Of a stretch of DNA of 64,000 nt, positions 60,065-64,000 are shown piece after piece. The notes beneath the pieces were generated by a model. The model was not told where the DNA came from and searched no databases. It was given only the letters and a program-made list of their open reading frames with translations. Position 1 is the stretch's first letter. Every line of letters starts with the position of its first letter. Position numbers and translations under genes: made by a program. This DNA comes from Camelus ferus (taxonomy: Eukaryota). The stretch is from NCBI RefSeq assembly GCF_009834535.1, contig NC_045697.1, forward strand, positions 6,884,001 to 6,948,000, written 5' to 3'.

Positions 60065-60636
60065 GTTTTAACAAAGATGAATATAAGACTGTCTCCCGTC
60101 CTACATCCTTTTCTAGAGCCTTGCAACTCTGCCACACAGAGATGTCTAAGCCCCCTCCATTTGGATATAGGTGGGCTTTTGATTCATATATAAGCAACAG
60201 AATGGGCATGAGAGGTGCTGTGAAACTTCTGAGTTTAGGTGATAAAAGGCAATGCAATATCTACCCTGTAAGCTGGGACATTTACCTTTGAGGCCCTGAG
60301 CTGCTGTTGTAAGAAGTTTGACTTCTCTGAGGCTGCCGTGCTGTGAGGGAGCTCAGGCTACACAGAAAGACCTTGTGTTGGTGCTCCAGCTGGCAGCCCA
60401 CATCAACTGCCAGTCCAATTACATGCAGAAAGATGCCTCCAGATGATTGCAGGCTCCAGTCATGAAGTTATACCAGTCTTCAAACCTTCCCAGCCGAGAC
60501 CCCAGACACTGGGGAACTGAGAAGAATCTTCCCACTATGAGGCGATCAAATCCCTAAACCACAGAATCTGTAAACATAAGAAAATGCTTCTTTTACTCTA
60601 CTACATTTTGGGTGGTTTATTGTGCAGCAATACTTT
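60065..60636 (+). mobile_element. MaLR LTR (MLT1G-like)
   Basis: 'cttctgagtttaggtgataaaaggcaatgca', 'gtaagaagtttgacttctctgaggctgccgtgctgtgagg', 'ccacagaatctgtaaacataag', 'ttttgggtggtttattgtgcagcaata'. Confidence 0.85.
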
Positions 60637-60649
60637 CTGGAGCCCTAAC

Positions 60650-60860
60650 CCTTGGCATGCTCCTTCTCATCCCCATGCTTGGAAAATTGCTAATTTATTT
60701 TTTGATTCAAACTTCTGCGTAATTAATCCATGTGTGTTATTTCCTTGTGGATGTCTTAAATTCCTCTACTCTGCTGTGAACTCCACAAAGGCAGAGACCA
60801 TGTCCTATTCATGCATGGTAAACAAGGTAAAGGAATAAATCAATGAATGAATAACATGAA
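60650..60860 (+). mobile_element. L2 3' end (continues the L2 interrupted by the MLT1G-like LTR)
   Basis: 'ctgtgaactccacaaaggcagagaccatgtc...gaataaatcaatgaatgaa'. Confidence 0.6.
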
Positions 60861-63089
60861 TAATGTAATCAGTGAGGCTTCTATAAGATAATGAGAACAT
60901 AGTATTTGGACATTTGAGAAGAGATAAAATATGAATATCTTGCAAGATATCAATAACATCAAAAGTTATCAATAGTAGATATCAGACATAAGCTTGAAGT
61001 TCTGGGGTTTGGAAACCAGGGGCTGGAGCTATGGACAGAAAAATATCTGGCCTTAGAATCAGCAAAAGTTCAGAAAAGATATGAAAGGAAGGCACAATTT
61101 CAACTTGGGTAAATTAGAGCAGAGCTGAAGTTCAAGATGGGAGCTTTACAGCTAAGGGGGGAAATTGAGAACAGGATCAATATGTGGTACAGTTAGGCTG
61201 ACTCATGATTGAGCCAGAAATTTCTTATCTTTAAGCCCAATTCATCTTGGAAATTGGACTCAAGCTAACCCTAAACATGATAGTCCATTGGTCCAGTTGG
61301 GTTGAGAGAATAAACGGAGGATGGGAAACAAGGAAGGTCAGCTTACTGTGTTCATTTTTATCACTATGATTAATAGATTCCCTTTCTCCAAATGAATTTG
61401 GCCCATTTTTCTTCTCCACTTTATCTCTGCACTAGCCCATGGTCCTGGGAAATGGCAAAGTTCCTTTTTATAACTACACTTTCTTCATTTGTTTTACTTC
61501 TTCCCGGAAAAGAGAAGTAATGTGGCATCCAGGAAATGGTTACAAGAGGACTAGGGGATGGAGGGTGGGATTGCCGCTCCCTGTGTTACTCCTGAGCTGC
61601 CTGTGACTCTACAGGGACTGAGTCCAAGGTTGAAAGTGAAGATAAGATGAAAAGCAACATCCGTGGTTCCATCAGCAAAAGGTATCAATGTCCATTGATC
61701 ACATAGAGTTACCATGTATTTGGTTCCTTGACATTAATTCTTAAAATTAATTAAGAGATCTTTCAAGTGATGGTTTGTTTTACCATATTTGTTAGCTGCC
61801 TGATGATAGTGTAGTGCAGATGGTATGTCCATCAATATTATAGATCTCTGCCCATTGATTAATCTTCCTTTCCCGTGGTTAAAGGAATCAACTCAGATTA
61901 CCCTTGTATTAACATATTCTCTTACCACACCTTCTACTGCTCCCTTCTCACCAAACAACATACTTACAGCTTCTCTCCTTAGCAGTGTTTTCCATCCTCC
62001 TATCTTGTTGCTCATACTCTCCTTCCACACTTGCACCTGACTAGATATTTCTCATTATTCTAGATTCACAGGATACTTTATCCAGAAATCTTTTCGAACT
62101 GGGTTAAAAGGATCTTAATCCAAGACCGAGTGCATGTGGCATTTTACTAAGGTTACATTATTAATTTCCCTGTACTGGCAACTTCTTAGTGAGCTACCCA
62201 GGGAAGAGGGACCAAATAGTCTTAGTTATTGTGCATTGATGATGTATTAGATGTGCTGGGCTCATGTTAATATTTATTCAGCTGAGAAAAGATTACCACC
62301 TTCTCATTCTTTTCAAGTACAATGTCTCCTTTAAACACCTCATAACCAACCCATAAGATGTGTTATCTGTGATTCCTTCTCATACTACATGATTTTTCAG
62401 AAACACAAGAGAGTAAGAGACTAAGTTGTCATTATTTTGGTTTATATGGAAAAACATGATTGGGATGAATTTTTCACTTTTAAGTTCTTTTTTGTTTGTT
62501 TGGCAACCATTGGCTGACACTTTAAACCAACATACAAACTTACATGATGCTCTTCACCTAATGTACCAGTTGCCAATGTGGTATCTGCCAACCCAATAAA
62601 TATAACTTACTTAATGCATTGAATAAAAATTTGACCAAGATGCACACTGGTTTGCATATATAGAAATTAACTCTACTTCCGTGATACCCAAGGACCCAGA
62701 TTTTTTTTAAAGCCGAAAAGTGGACTTTCATACTGACCTTCCTGTTGAAGTTAACATTTTGACTGAGTCATTGACATTATCTCATCTTAATTTTCACTAT
62801 TGCATGTCAAAGCTTAATTCTGAGCCAGGCACTAAACTGAGCATTGTGCAAACATTTTATCATTTGGTTCTCATTTGACAGAACACAATTTATGCTCATT
62901 TTATAGAAGAGAAAACCAATTCTTACAGCAATTCAATAAAACTCAATGATGGGGCTCTGGGTGTTAAAAGTTAGGATTTTCATAAAGATCTTTCAGTCTC
63001 TAGAAGTTACACTCAAAAGTAGTAAGTTTCTCAATTTGACTCAAATTTAAGTATTCCGTTATAATTCTATATACTTTTAAATTATGATT

Positions 63090-63260
63090 TTATTGTTTTC
63101 TAAACACTTTTACATTCATTATTCCAGTGGAATCTCACTTCAGTTAGTGAGCTGGGCAGTTCAAGAAAAGGCTAAGACAAAAGAGGGTCATTCAGTGACT
63201 GGTGGGGAGAGCCAGCATTGGAAACTGGGTTTTCTGACTCATCCCAGGGATTATTCTCTT
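63090..63260 (-). mobile_element. MIR fragment
   Basis: 'ttctaaacacttttacattcattatt...tggaaactgggttttctgactc'. Confidence 0.55.
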
Positions 63261-63489
63261 GAGAGGGTCATTTTAATCAAAAGCTTTATCACTTAAGTAC
63301 CCTCGTGGCCTCCCCAAATGAATGCTTTTTCATCCTCCAACAAATTCCTTCTGTATCTTCTCTCTCTTTTTTCATTTAGAAAGAACATCTCCTTTTAATG
63401 CCCATTTTCCACTGCATTAAGGATGAGAAGCAGCTTTACTGTGAAAACTTTTTAAAAAGTTACTTCTGTCTGTACAACAAAAAAAAGAA

Positions 63490-64000
63490 AAGAAAAGGAA
63501 TCTACTAAAAGGAAAAATTAAATTATATATCTGATAAGGGATTAATACCCAAAATATATTAAATAACTCATACAACCAATAGCAAATGTATGTGTGTGTG
63601 CATGTCTATATATATATATACACACACACACAATTTAAAAATGGGAAGATTTGTTGATACGGCCATTATTAAAAAGACAAAAAAAAAAATGTAAGTGAGG
63701 ACAAGCGTGGGTGGAGAAAATTGGGAACCCTTGTGCATTGTTCATGAGAATATGAACTGGTGAAGTCACTGTGGAAAACAGTATGAAGTTTCCTCAAAAA
63801 ATTAAAAATAGAACTATTTTATTATACTCAACAGTCCCATTTCTGGGTATTTATCCAACGAAAATAAAAACATTAACTTGAGAAGAAATATGCACCGCCA
63901 TGTTCACTGCAACATTATTTACAAGAGTCAACAGATGGAAACAACCTATGTGTCCATGGAATGATGAATGGATTAAAAAAGTGTGGTATGTATACACAAT
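63490..64000 (+). mobile_element. L1 ORF2 C-terminal fragment (runs off the window)
   Basis: 'atatctgataagggattaatacccaaaatata', 'ggaacccttgtgcattgtt', 'atgttcactgcaacattatttacaa...ggaaacaacctatgtgtcca'. Contains an internal (TG/TA/CA) repeat and a deletion. Confidence 0.92.

Noticed and set aside
1..64000. A novel multi-gene system, CRISPR array, or rRNA/tRNA genes
   Set aside because: The longest ORF is 143 aa and none shows a host protein domain. There is no repeat-spacer periodicity and no recognisable structural RNA; the sequence is repeat-rich mammalian non-coding DNA.

Overview
This is AT-rich, CpG-depleted eutherian (mammalian) intergenic or deep-intronic DNA. It is a mosaic of decayed interspersed repeats: L1 of several ages, L2, MIR, MaLR (MLT1), ERVL/ERV1 LTRs and Tigger/hAT DNA transposons. 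I found no credible host protein-coding exon, RNA gene or CpG island. The only ORFs I can assign are L1 ORF2 remnants and an ERVL pol/dUTPase remnant. The younger L1 3' UTRs look cetartiodactyl, most like camelid L1s, and I see no Alu, B1/B2, Bov-A/BovB, PRE or SINEC copies, so a camelid source is plausible (inference). The most informative object is a degraded ERVL-class provirus fragment at ~39.7-42.1 kb (gag, RNase H, integrase C-terminus, dUTPase), fused to a Tigger1 end. Also clear are a near-complete MER45B-like hAT element, nested insertions with readable target-site duplications (TSDs), and a few repeat-free stretches that may be enhancers. I found no evidence for a new biological system. 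All family names come from my recollection of consensus sequences, not from a database search, and most boundaries are approximate.
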